From positions 1 to 46,058 of the forward strand of contig JACDCV010000001.1 of assembly GCA_013817375.1 (NCBI GenBank): a stretch of DNA of 46,058 nt, given 5' to 3'. Made by a program: the position numbers and the translations under genes. The notes beneath the pieces were generated by a model. That model saw nothing but the letters and a program-made list of their open reading frames with translations, was not told the origin of the DNA and searched no databases. Origin of the DNA: Sphingomonas sp. GTDB taxonomy: Bacteria > Pseudomonadota > Alphaproteobacteria > Sphingomonadales > Sphingomonadaceae. This document shows, piece after piece, positions 20,912-29,095 of the stretch. Position 1 is the first letter of the stretch. Each line of letters opens with the position of its first letter.

Positions 20912-22180
20912 ATGGTTCGTTTATCCGTCGGGCGGCGCTCGTTCCTGAGGTCCGCAGCCGCTGCGGCGGCCCTGTCGTCACTCCCGCTCGGCGCCGTTTG
21001 CGCCGCCGCCAATGACCTTGTGCCGATCAAGCTTCCGCCGCCGATCGGAAGCGAGGAGCGGCTGCAGAGGCTGGCGAGCGCACGGGCGCTGATGAAGCGG
21101 AACGGGATCGGCGCGATCGTGATCGAACCTGGCGCGAGCCTCGATTATTTCACCGGCGTCCAATGGCGGCGTTCGGAGCGGCTGACCGCGGCGATAATCC
21201 CCGTCGAAGGCGAGCCGATCATCGTAACCCCCTTCTTCGAAAAGCCATCGGTCGAGGAGAGCCTCAAGGTCCCCGCCGAGGTGCGCACCTGGAACGAGCA
21301 TGACGAGCCGCTCAAACTTGTCGCCGATTTCCTCAAGGAGCGCGGCCTGGCGGGCCTTCCAGTCGGATTCGAGGAAACCAACCGCTTCTTCGTGCTCGAT
21401 AATTTGAAACAGCAACTTCCCGGCGTTCGGGTCGTCAGCGCCAATCCGGCCGTCCGGCAGCTTCGGATGATAAAGTCACCGACCGAGATCGCGCTGATGA
21501 AGGCGGCGTCGGACATTACGATCGCCGCCTATCGCTACACCTACCCGCGGATCAAGGCGGGCATGTCCGCCGCGGACGTCGCAAAGCTGATGGCTGAAGC
21601 GACGGCTCGGATCGGCGGGAGCAACCCCTGGGGGTTGATCCTGTTCGGGCCGGCAAGCGCGCTCCCGCACGGCACTGGCAAGCCGCAGAAGCTCGCGCCC
21701 GGCGACGTGGTACTGCTCGACTGCGGCTGCTCCGTTCACGGTTATCAGTCCGACATTTCCCGCACCTTCGTTTTCGGTGGCAAGCCGACCGCAGAGCAGC
21801 GCAAGGTGTGGGACCAGGTGCACCGCGGGCAGCAGATCGCCTTTGCCGCCGCGAAGGTCGGCGTTCCCGCCGGAAGCGTCGATGACGCGGTTCGCCGGGC
21901 CTACGAAAGTTGGGGCTACGGCCCGGGCTACGCGCTTCCGGGCCTGTCGCATCGCACCGGCCACGGGATCGGCATGGAAGGCCATGAACCGGTCAACCTC
22001 GTCCACGGCGAAACCACTTTGCTAGCGCCCGGAATGTGCTTTTCCGACGAGCCTGGTATTTACCTGCCGGGCAAGTTCGGCGTGCGCCTCGAGGATTGCT
22101 TCTACATGACCGCTTCGGGGCCGCGCTGGTTCAGCATGCCGCCGCCGTCGATCGACGATCCGTTCGGCGGCGCCGCTTGA
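20912..22180 (+). CDS. M24-family Xaa-Pro peptidase with Tat signal
   Basis: GRRSFL twin-arginine leader, LPHG, DCGC..GYQSDISRT, HRTGHGIG, EPGIY and GVRLED. AAGGAGG RBS. Confidence 0.92.
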   Translation: MVRLSVGRRSFLRSAAAAAALSSLPLGAVCAAANDLVPIKLPPPIGSEERLQRLASARALMKRNGIGAIVIEPGASLDYFTGVQWRRSERLTAAIIPVEGEPIIVTPFFEKPSVEESLKVPAEVRTWNEHDEPLKLVADFLKERGLAGLPVGFEETNRFFVLDNLKQQLPGVRVVSANPAVRQLRMIKSPTEIALMKAASDITIAAYRYTYPRIKAGMSAADVAKLMAEATARIGGSNPWGLILFGPASALPHGTGKPQKLAPGDVVLLDCGCSVHGYQSDISRTFVFGGKPTAEQRKVWDQVHRGQQIAFAAAKVGVPAGSVDDAVRRAYESWGYGPGYALPGLSHRTGHGIGMEGHEPVNLVHGETTLLAPGMCFSDEPGIYLPGKFGVRLEDCFYMTASGPRWFSMPPPSIDDPFGGAA

Positions 22181-23010
22181 CCCGTCCCCGGGTGCAGCTG
22201 ATCGGCGCTCCTACTGACAGCCATTCGTCCTTCCTTCGGGGAGCGGCGGCCGCGCCGGCTGCGATCCGCGCGGCGCTTGCGTCGGACCATGGCAATCTCG
22301 CCGCCGAATGCGGGCTCGAACTCGGCTCCGACATCCATGTCGAGGATGTCGGCGACCTTCCGCTGGATGAAGGCGAAGGCGACTTCGATCGAATCCGGGA
22401 CGCTTGCGCCTCGGCAGCCCAAGCGGGCGCGATTCCGATCGTCCTTGGCGGCGATCACATGATCAGTTTTCCTGTGGTCGCAGGAGTCGCTTCGGTGCAC
22501 GGGCCAGTCAACATCCTCCACTTTGACGCTCACCCCGACCTCTACGACGATTTCGAAGGCGATCCGCTGAGCCACGCCTCGCCGTTCGCCCGGATCATGG
22601 AGAGCGGCAACGCGACGCGCCTGGTGCAGGTCGGAATTCGCACCCTCAACCGGCATTGCCGCGAACAGGCGCAGCGCTTCGGAGTGGAAATCGTCGAAAT
22701 GCGCGATTTCGAGCCCGGTTCGGTCACCATCCCCGACGCTCCTTTGTACATAAGCATCGACCTCGACGCGCTCGACCCGGCTTTCGCTCCGGGCGTTTCA
22801 CATCACGAACCCGGCGGGCTCTCCACCCGCGAATTGCTGTCGGTGCTCCATCGCGTGCGATCGCCGATCGTTGGAGCGGACGTGGTCGAACATAATCCTT
22901 CCCGCGACCGCGACGGAGTCACTGCGACTCTCGCGGCCAAGCTGGTCAAGGAGCTGGCGGCGCTCGCCAGGCCAGGCGATGCTTTTGCCCATGCGGGTGC
23001 CGATGCTTGA
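22177..23010 (+). CDS. Agmatinase / ureohydrolase (arginase family)
   Basis: GGDH, HFDAHPD, SHASPF, SIDLDALDP and EPGG. TTG start overlaps the upstream TGA. Confidence 0.88.
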   Translation: MTRPRVQLIGAPTDSHSSFLRGAAAAPAAIRAALASDHGNLAAECGLELGSDIHVEDVGDLPLDEGEGDFDRIRDACASAAQAGAIPIVLGGDHMISFPVVAGVASVHGPVNILHFDAHPDLYDDFEGDPLSHASPFARIMESGNATRLVQVGIRTLNRHCREQAQRFGVEIVEMRDFEPGSVTIPDAPLYISIDLDALDPAFAPGVSHHEPGGLSTRELLSVLHRVRSPIVGADVVEHNPSRDRDGVTATLAAKLVKELAALARPGDAFAHAGADA

Positions 23011-23064
23011 CAATCGGACGGCCGGGCACCGATGCCCGCAACCGAGCAAGGAGCAGAAAAGCTG

Positions 23065-24378
23065 ATGCAAGAATCGGTCAAGAAGCGCGGCCTGGAGCTG
23101 CAATGGCAGATGCTGATCGGCTTCATGGTTGGCCTTGTGCTGGGCCTCATCGTCTACACGACCCAGCAGGACGCCCGCTGGGTCGAGATCGTCACTACCT
23201 ACGTGACCCAGCCGATCGGCCAGATCTTCCTCCGGCTATTGTTCATGCTGGTGATCCCGCTTCTGTTCTCGGCGCTGGTGGTCGGGATTTCGGAAATGGG
23301 CGAGGTCCGGTCGCTCAAGCGGGTGGGGCTAAGGACCCTCGCTTATACGGTTATCGTGTCGTCGATCGCGGTCGCGGTCAGCCTGGCAGTGGTCAACATC
23401 CTCAAGCCGGGCGCAGGAGTCGATCGGGCGGCGGCGAATGCGATGCTCGAGGAATCGGCCGGCCGGGCGGGCGAGATCGTCCAGGCCGGCGCCGAGCAGC
23501 CGTCGGGCATCGACGCCTTCGTCACGATCATCCCCAACAACCTCGTCGAAGCTCTGGGCTCGAACAGCGCGATCCTGTCGGTGATGTTCTTCGCTCTGTT
23601 CTTCGGGATCGGCCTGCTTCTCACCGACACGCCCAATTCGCGCGTTCTCCAGCGCGGCTTCGAAGGCTTGTTCGACGTGACGATGCGGCTGATCCTGATC
23701 GTCATCCGCCTCGCTCCGATCGCGGTCGCCTGCTTCATGTTCAACCTTGCCGCTCTGTTCGGCTGGGAGCTGTTGATCCGACTGTCGGCCTATGTCGGCG
23801 TGGTCCTTCTGGCGCTCGCGATCCAGATGTTCGTCGTCTTTCCGATCCTCTTGTCTACGCTCGGCAAAAAGAACCCGCTCGCCTTCTTCCGGGAGACCCA
23901 GGAGGCAAGCCTGATGGCTTTTTCGACCGCCTCGTCGAACGCGACCTTGCCGACGGCTCTTCGTGTGGCGGACGAGAAGCTTCACCTGCCGCGGCGGGTG
24001 TCGCGCTTCGTGCTGACGATCGGAGCGACGGCGAACCAGAACGGCACCGCGATGTTCGAAGGCGTGACCGTAATCTTCCTTGCACAATTTTTCGGCATCG
24101 AGCTGTCCCTGGGGCAGCAGGTGATGGTGATGCTGGTCTGCATCCTCGGCGGGATCGGAACCGCGGGCGTGCCGGCGGGATCGCTTCCGGTGGTCGCTCT
24201 CATTCTTGCGATGGTCGGGATCCGACCCGAGGCGATCGCGTTGGTGCTCGGCGTCGACCGCTTCCTCGACATGTGCCGGACGACCCTCAACGTTGTCGGC
24301 GACCTCGTCGCTGCGCAGGTGATTTCGTCGGCCGAACCCGAGGCAGAGGTTGTGATCGAAGGGGCGCAACCCGCCTGA
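23065..24378 (+). CDS. Dicarboxylate/amino acid:cation symporter (DAACS/GltP family)
   Basis: FLRLLFMLVIPL, AFSTASSNATLP, GATANQNGTA and DRFLDMCRT. Alternative ATG at 23032. Confidence 0.93.
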   Translation: MQESVKKRGLELQWQMLIGFMVGLVLGLIVYTTQQDARWVEIVTTYVTQPIGQIFLRLLFMLVIPLLFSALVVGISEMGEVRSLKRVGLRTLAYTVIVSSIAVAVSLAVVNILKPGAGVDRAAANAMLEESAGRAGEIVQAGAEQPSGIDAFVTIIPNNLVEALGSNSAILSVMFFALFFGIGLLLTDTPNSRVLQRGFEGLFDVTMRLILIVIRLAPIAVACFMFNLAALFGWELLIRLSAYVGVVLLALAIQMFVVFPILLSTLGKKNPLAFFRETQEASLMAFSTASSNATLPTALRVADEKLHLPRRVSRFVLTIGATANQNGTAMFEGVTVIFLAQFFGIELSLGQQVMVMLVCILGGIGTAGVPAGSLPVVALILAMVGIRPEAIALVLGVDRFLDMCRTTLNVVGDLVAAQVISSAEPEAEVVIEGAQPA

Positions 24379-24524
24379 TGGACAACCAGTCGCAGCGGTC
24401 GGTGCCCGAGTTCGGGCGGTGCATCCTCCATGACGAGGCGAAGGCGCTCGACGCCCTTGCCGACAGCTTGGGCGAAGAGTTCACCCGGGCGATCGACCTT
24501 ATCCTGAGCTCCACCGCCCCGTGA
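24378..24524 (+). pseudogene. kdsD: Truncated kdsD/kpsF (arabinose-5-phosphate isomerase) remnant, 48 aa
   Basis: MDNQSQRSVPEFGRCILHDEAKALDALADSLGEEFTRAIDLILSSTAP* matches the N-terminal helices of KpsF/GutQ and stops just before the expected G-R-V..G.GKSG SIS motif. Directly upstream of kdsB. Confidence 0.8.
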
Positions 24525-25318
24525 AGGTCGCCGCTTTGATCCCCGCGCGGTTCGAATCGAGCCGCTATCCAGGCAAGCCGCTGGCCGAGCTGAAGGGCGC
24601 CAGCGGCACTCCCAAGCCGCTGATCCGGCGGACTTACGAAGCCGCTGGGCGGGTAGGTGGCCTCGACTCAATCCATGTCGTGACTGACGACGATCGAATC
24701 GCGCGGGCCTGTGGGGAGTTTGGAGCGCCAGTGCTGATGACCTCCGCCGGGTGCCGCAACGGGACCGAGCGCTGCGCCGAAGCGCTTGGCCAGCTCGATG
24801 CGCCCGATCTAATCGTCAACATCCAGGGCGACGCGCTTCTGACCCCGCCATATTTCATCGAAGCGCTGATCGAGCGGATGGCGAGCGACGGGGAGGCCGT
24901 CGTCGCGACCCCGGCGATGCGCGTTCGAAGCACGGAAGTCCGAGCGCTCCAGGACGAAGAACTTGCCGGCCGGGTAGGTGGCACGACAGTCGTCACGGAC
25001 GCGGCCGGCCATGCGCTCTATTTCTCCAAGCGGCTGATCCCGTACCTTCCTGGCGCGGCGCTCGGCTCGGAGATGTCGCCCGTCCGGCTGCACGTCGGAG
25101 TCTATGCCTATCGGCCGGGCGCGCTTACTGCATATGCCGCAATGGCGCCCACCGAGCTCGAGGAACTCGAGGGGCTGGAGCAGCTCCGCTTCCTGGTCGG
25201 TGGTATCCCCGTTTCCGTGGTCGAGGTGGAGCCGCCGCCGTTCGCGCTTCGCGAGCTCAACAATCCCGAGGACGTGGAGCCGATCGAGGAGGCGCTCGCC
25301 CGCGCCGGCCTCGATTGA
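24521..25318 (+). CDS. kdsB: CMP-Kdo synthetase (3-deoxy-manno-octulosonate cytidylyltransferase, KdsB/KpsU)
   Basis: IPARFESSRYPGKPL, GTERCAEA, VNIQGD, LYFSK, LHVGVYAY and LEGLEQLRFL. Confidence 0.93.
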   Translation: MKVAALIPARFESSRYPGKPLAELKGASGTPKPLIRRTYEAAGRVGGLDSIHVVTDDDRIARACGEFGAPVLMTSAGCRNGTERCAEALGQLDAPDLIVNIQGDALLTPPYFIEALIERMASDGEAVVATPAMRVRSTEVRALQDEELAGRVGGTTVVTDAAGHALYFSKRLIPYLPGAALGSEMSPVRLHVGVYAYRPGALTAYAAMAPTELEELEGLEQLRFLVGGIPVSVVEVEPPPFALRELNNPEDVEPIEEALARAGLD

Positions 25319-26118
25319 GCGCCCTCGACGATCTCGACGAACGCTACCGGGTGGCGCTGTGCGACATCTGGGGGTGCGTTCACGACGGGGTGCAGCTCTA
25401 CCCCGGCGCTTCCGAGCGGCTCCGGCGCTGGCGCGATGACGGGCGAACGATCATCCTGATCACCAATGCTCCCAGGACCGCCGAAGCCGTCGCCGCTCAG
25501 CTCGAAGGGCTTGGGCTCGACAAGGCACTGTGGGACGGGATCGCGACCAGTGGTGACGCCGGCATCGAGCGGCTGAAGCAGGCGGACCGGCCGGTCGGCT
25601 TCATCGGCACGCAATCCGACCGGGCGATTCTCCAGGGGCGCGGAGTGCGGATCGCCGCGGACGACGATTTCGACGAACTGGCCTGCTCCGGGCTCGACGA
25701 GCGCCGGAGACGGATCCCCGATTATGAAGAGCAGATCAAACCACTCGCCAACCGCGACGTGCTGATGCACTGCCTCAACCCCGACCGGGTGGTAATCAGG
25801 GGCGGAGTGGCCGAGCCATGCGCGGGCGCCGTTGCCGACCTTTATCTCGAGCTCGGCGGCCGGGTCGAATGGTACGGCAAGCCCTATCCGGCGATCTACC
25901 GGCACGCACTTGACCTCGCGGGAGACCCGGCGCCGGGAGCGGTTATCGCCGTCGGCGACGGGCTCGAGACGGATATGTTGGGAGCGGCGCGGATGGGATT
26001 CGACTGCGTCTACGTGACCGGCGGAATAGCCCAGGGCGAGGGCATTCCCGTCGATTTCGCGGAAAAGCACGGGCTTGGTGACTGGAGCGCAGTGGCGGTG
26101 GTCGCTTCGCTGCACTAG
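25315..26118 (+). CDS. HAD-superfamily subfamily IIA hydrolase (TIGR01459-like)
   Basis: CDIWGCVHDG, ITNAPR, NPD, YGKPYPAIY and VGDGLETDMLGA. TTG start overlaps the kdsB stop. Confidence 0.88.
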   Translation: MSALDDLDERYRVALCDIWGCVHDGVQLYPGASERLRRWRDDGRTIILITNAPRTAEAVAAQLEGLGLDKALWDGIATSGDAGIERLKQADRPVGFIGTQSDRAILQGRGVRIAADDDFDELACSGLDERRRRIPDYEEQIKPLANRDVLMHCLNPDRVVIRGGVAEPCAGAVADLYLELGGRVEWYGKPYPAIYRHALDLAGDPAPGAVIAVGDGLETDMLGAARMGFDCVYVTGGIAQGEGIPVDFAEKHGLGDWSAVAVVASLH

Positions 26119-26127
26119 ATAGGCGCG

Positions 26128-26235
26128 GTGAAACTACTCGGGCGTGAAATCGGGCTCCACCAGCCATTCTTCCTCATCGCCGGCCCCTGCGTGGTGGAAG
26201 GCCAATCTTCAGGGTTCGAGGAGATGGAGCTGTGA
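26128..26235 (+). pseudogene. kdsA: Internally deleted kdsA (Kdo-8-phosphate synthase) remnant, 35 aa
   Basis: GTG-KLLGREIGLHQPFFLIAGPCVVEGQSSGFEEMEL*. FFLIAGPCVVE is the KdsA N-terminal signature and the rest of the barrel is missing. The stop overlaps the next GTG (GTGA). Confidence 0.85.
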
Positions 26236-27107
26236 AGCCGACGGTCTTCATCCAGGCCAATGCCCGCCAGTATCTCGGCGCGAAGATTTCCGCGCACAGC
26301 TATAAGCGCAACGCCCGCGATCCCGACAGCTTCGATGTCCAGATCCTCAATGCGAATGATTTCCCGCGGTTGATGAACCCCGGCCAGTCGATCCTTCGCG
26401 GCGGCGGCATTCGCCAGTGGGACCCCGACGATTTGCAAGGCTTTACTCCGCTTCGCTTTTACCCGCCGCAGGCGATGGGGTTTGAAGGCGTGGCCGTCGT
26501 CACCGACCCCGACGTATTCGCTCTTGGTGACGTCGGCGAGCTGTTCGATCGCGACCTTCAGGGCAAGGCGATCTGGGCGGTTCCACGCCCCGGCCACAAC
26601 GATCGCAACGATTATATCGCGACGTCGGTGATGCTCCTCGACTGCTCGAAGCTGAAGCACTGGCGCTTCGACGAGGAGCTGGACGGCCTGTTTGGCCACA
26701 AATTCGATTATGTCGACTGGATCGAGCTCAAGCGCGAGGACCCGGGCTCGATCGGGTTGCTGGAGCCCGAGTGGAACGACTTCGACCGGCTCACTTCGCG
26801 AACAAAGCTCCTTCACACCACCAAGCGCCGCACCCAGCCCTGGAAGACAGGGCTGCCGATCGATTTCACACTTCGCCGCTCGTGGCCAGTCGACCTCTTC
26901 AGCAGGCTGCTTATGCGCTACCGGCCGCACCCGGACCCGAACCAGGAAGCGTTCGTCTATTCGCTGCTCGCCGAGATGTACGATTCGGGCCAGGTGACCA
27001 AGGATGAGCTTAGCGAGGAGATGGCGGCCAATCACATTCGCGCCGATAGTCTCGATCTGATCGACCGCTACCGCGGATGGAATGCGCGAACCGCGCTCGC
27101 CGCCTAG
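26232..27107 (+). CDS. Putative GT-A fold glycosyltransferase (GT8/CDI-like)
   Basis: VFI..N start, FTPLRFYPP, G.AVVTDPD (DxD), TSVMLLDC, EWNDFD and LLHTT follow the motif order of GT8/CDI-like enzymes. Confidence 0.65.
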   Translation: MKPTVFIQANARQYLGAKISAHSYKRNARDPDSFDVQILNANDFPRLMNPGQSILRGGGIRQWDPDDLQGFTPLRFYPPQAMGFEGVAVVTDPDVFALGDVGELFDRDLQGKAIWAVPRPGHNDRNDYIATSVMLLDCSKLKHWRFDEELDGLFGHKFDYVDWIELKREDPGSIGLLEPEWNDFDRLTSRTKLLHTTKRRTQPWKTGLPIDFTLRRSWPVDLFSRLLMRYRPHPDPNQEAFVYSLLAEMYDSGQVTKDELSEEMAANHIRADSLDLIDRYRGWNARTALAA

Positions 27108-28085
27108 TTAGATGAGTGCTCGAACGGCCGACACGGCAGTAGCTAGCGGATCTATCTGCAATCGTCCCGAAACCGGCTGCTCGACGATACCGGCGAGCCC
27201 TTTCGCCTGAACGCTCGTCCAGAAGCGGCGGACGTCGCGCACCGGTACCGGCAGTCCGTGGCGTGATGCCGAATAGAAGAAGCGGCCCAAGGCGGTCTTG
27301 TCCGGCGATACCAGGCCCACCGGCTTGCCACTCGCGACCGCGTCGGAAATCATAGCGACACTGTCGGCAGTGACGTAAATCTCCTCCGCATCCCCCAGGA
27401 GCACGGGGTAACGCGGCGACCGCCCCCAAACGAGCCCATGTTCGCATCCCTTGAGCGACTCCGCCACTCGATCGAGCACTCGCCTGCTGCTTCGGGCGCT
27501 GCTCACCGCAATCACGCTTCCGCCTTTCTGACTCAACGTCGAGGCCGCGCTGCCGATCTTGTCCGGGCTCAAGGTCCACATGAACGTGTCGCCGCCGATG
27601 AGAAGCAGCCGGTGCGGCCGGGGCAGCTTGGCTAGCCACTCAGCTTCCTCGCGAGTTGGTTCGAGAGCTGGCGCGGTGCTGATACCGACCGGCAGCCGGA
27701 CCAGGTTGGGAGCATCGTCGATGTCATATTGCGGGGTGGTGATCACCAGGTCGAAACGCGCCGCGTCGAGCCGCGGGTTTCCGAGTCTCACCAGCTTCGC
27801 CTTGCCTCCGGAAAGCTCGCGGATCGCAAGCGCGACCGGGACGCTGCGGTAGCCGACCCCCAGGATCAGGTCGGGCCATGGCGGCCGGATTTTTGCTCGC
27901 GATTGCGTATCGAGGCTCGTCAACGAGGCCGCGAGCAGGCGCGGTGGGATCAGGTGCCGGCGATTGTAGCTTAGCTGCACCGCCCGGAACGGCTGCCCAA
28001 GCTCGCCTGCAAGCCTCAGCAGCTGGTTGTTGTCGCCCGTGCGATCCCCCAGAAGGACCCAGGTGCGCTTTCCGCCCGCGCTCAC
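27108..28085 (-). CDS. ELM1/GtrOC1 (DUF1022)-family putative glycosyltransferase, copy 2
   Basis: WVLLGDRTGDNNQ, PPWPDLILGVG, FDLVITTPQY, LLIGG and VTADSVAMISDA..SGKPV. Confidence 0.85.
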   Translation of the reverse strand: MSAGGKRTWVLLGDRTGDNNQLLRLAGELGQPFRAVQLSYNRRHLIPPRLLAASLTSLDTQSRAKIRPPWPDLILGVGYRSVPVALAIRELSGGKAKLVRLGNPRLDAARFDLVITTPQYDIDDAPNLVRLPVGISTAPALEPTREEAEWLAKLPRPHRLLLIGGDTFMWTLSPDKIGSAASTLSQKGGSVIAVSSARSSRRVLDRVAESLKGCEHGLVWGRSPRYPVLLGDAEEIYVTADSVAMISDAVASGKPVGLVSPDKTALGRFFYSASRHGLPVPVRDVRRFWTSVQAKGLAGIVEQPVSGRLQIDPLATAVSAVRALI

Positions 28086-29095
28086 TCCGGCAGGGTCCCG
28101 ACGGTCTTCTCAAGCAACGCCCGGACTTCGCGAGCCGCCTCGACGACCGGATTGGGCGTGCTGCTCGCGACCGGCTCGTCAACCGTCCCGGCAAGCTTGT
28201 GACCAATGACGTATTTCCAGAAACGGCGTAGGTCGCGGGCGCGATTGCGCCACATCTTGCTCCCGAGGACCAGCCGGCCAAGCGCGTTCATTTCGGCGGG
28301 GACGATCCCAACCGGCTTGCCCGTCATCACCGATTCGGAAATCATTGAGACGCTGTCGGCGGTCGGGAACAGCTCGTCGGCATCGTGCAGCAGGACCGGG
28401 AAGCGCGGAAAATAGTGCCTGACCACCCGCCACTCGCACCCCGCGCGCTCCAGCCGTCCCTCGAGCGAGTCGAGCACTTCTTCCGTGGTCCTGGCGCTTC
28501 GAACGACGATCAACGAGCCGCCTGTCCGCGAGGCGCGGTCTGCCAGCTTTTCCCCGTAATCGGCGACGAATTGAGGCCGCATGGCCCAGTGGCGAGTTTC
28601 GCCGCCGAGCATCAGCAGCAGGTGCGGGCGAGGGAGCGACTCCAGCCAGCAGCTTTCCTCGTCGGTGGGCTTCGTCGGGTTGCGATAGCGGCTCATGGTC
28701 AACGGCTGAAGCCGCATCGAAGCGCCCTCCGGCGTCAGATACTGGCGGGTGGTGAAGACGAGGTCGAAATGGCTCGGGGAAACCCGCGGGTGGCCGACCA
28801 GGACAAGCCGCGTGTGCCCGCCGCTCTGCTCCTGAACCCAGAGCGCGATCGGCACTGCGCGCTTACCGGCGAGGATGATGAGGTCGGGCCATGGCGGCAC
28901 CAGGGTTCGCTCCCGAACATGTTTTTCGACCGAGACCGGACTTGCGCCCATATATTTGCCGCTCAGGAGAAAACGCCAATTGAACACCAATGTCCGGGTC
29001 TCGAACGGCAGCGCAAGCTCCTCGGCAAGCGCGTAAACCTGCGCGTCGTCGCCGCGGCGATTGCCGCCGAACACCCAGATCCGCGGGTTCCTCAT
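28082..29095 (-). CDS. ELM1/GtrOC1 (DUF1022)-family putative glycosyltransferase, copy 1
   Basis: IWVFGGNRRGDDAQ, PPWPDLIILAG, FDLVFTTRQY, MLGG and TADSVSMISES..TGKPV. Confidence 0.85.
   Translation of the reverse strand: MRNPRIWVFGGNRRGDDAQVYALAEELALPFETRTLVFNWRFLLSGKYMGASPVSVEKHVRERTLVPPWPDLIILAGKRAVPIALWVQEQSGGHTRLVLVGHPRVSPSHFDLVFTTRQYLTPEGASMRLQPLTMSRYRNPTKPTDEESCWLESLPRPHLLLMLGGETRHWAMRPQFVADYGEKLADRASRTGGSLIVVRSARTTEEVLDSLEGRLERAGCEWRVVRHYFPRFPVLLHDADELFPTADSVSMISESVMTGKPVGIVPAEMNALGRLVLGSKMWRNRARDLRRFWKYVIGHKLAGTVDEPVASSTPNPVVEAAREVRALLEKTVGTLPE

Noticed and set aside
19940-22180. 746-aa ORF suggesting a large fusion peptidase
   Set aside because: The N-terminal part is antisense to the MFS gene. 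The real start is ATG 20912, with an AAGGAGG RBS and a Tat leader.
23007-24524. 505-aa ORF overlapping the symporter
   Set aside because: It is an off-frame Arg/Pro-rich shadow. Only the last 48 codons (the kdsD stub) look real.
24751-25314. Apparent N-terminal extension of the HAD hydrolase, and likewise 43290-43895 for cheR
   Set aside because: These are alternate-frame overlaps of kdsB and cheB. Starts at the overlapping TTG 25315 and GTG 43896 give normal-sized proteins.
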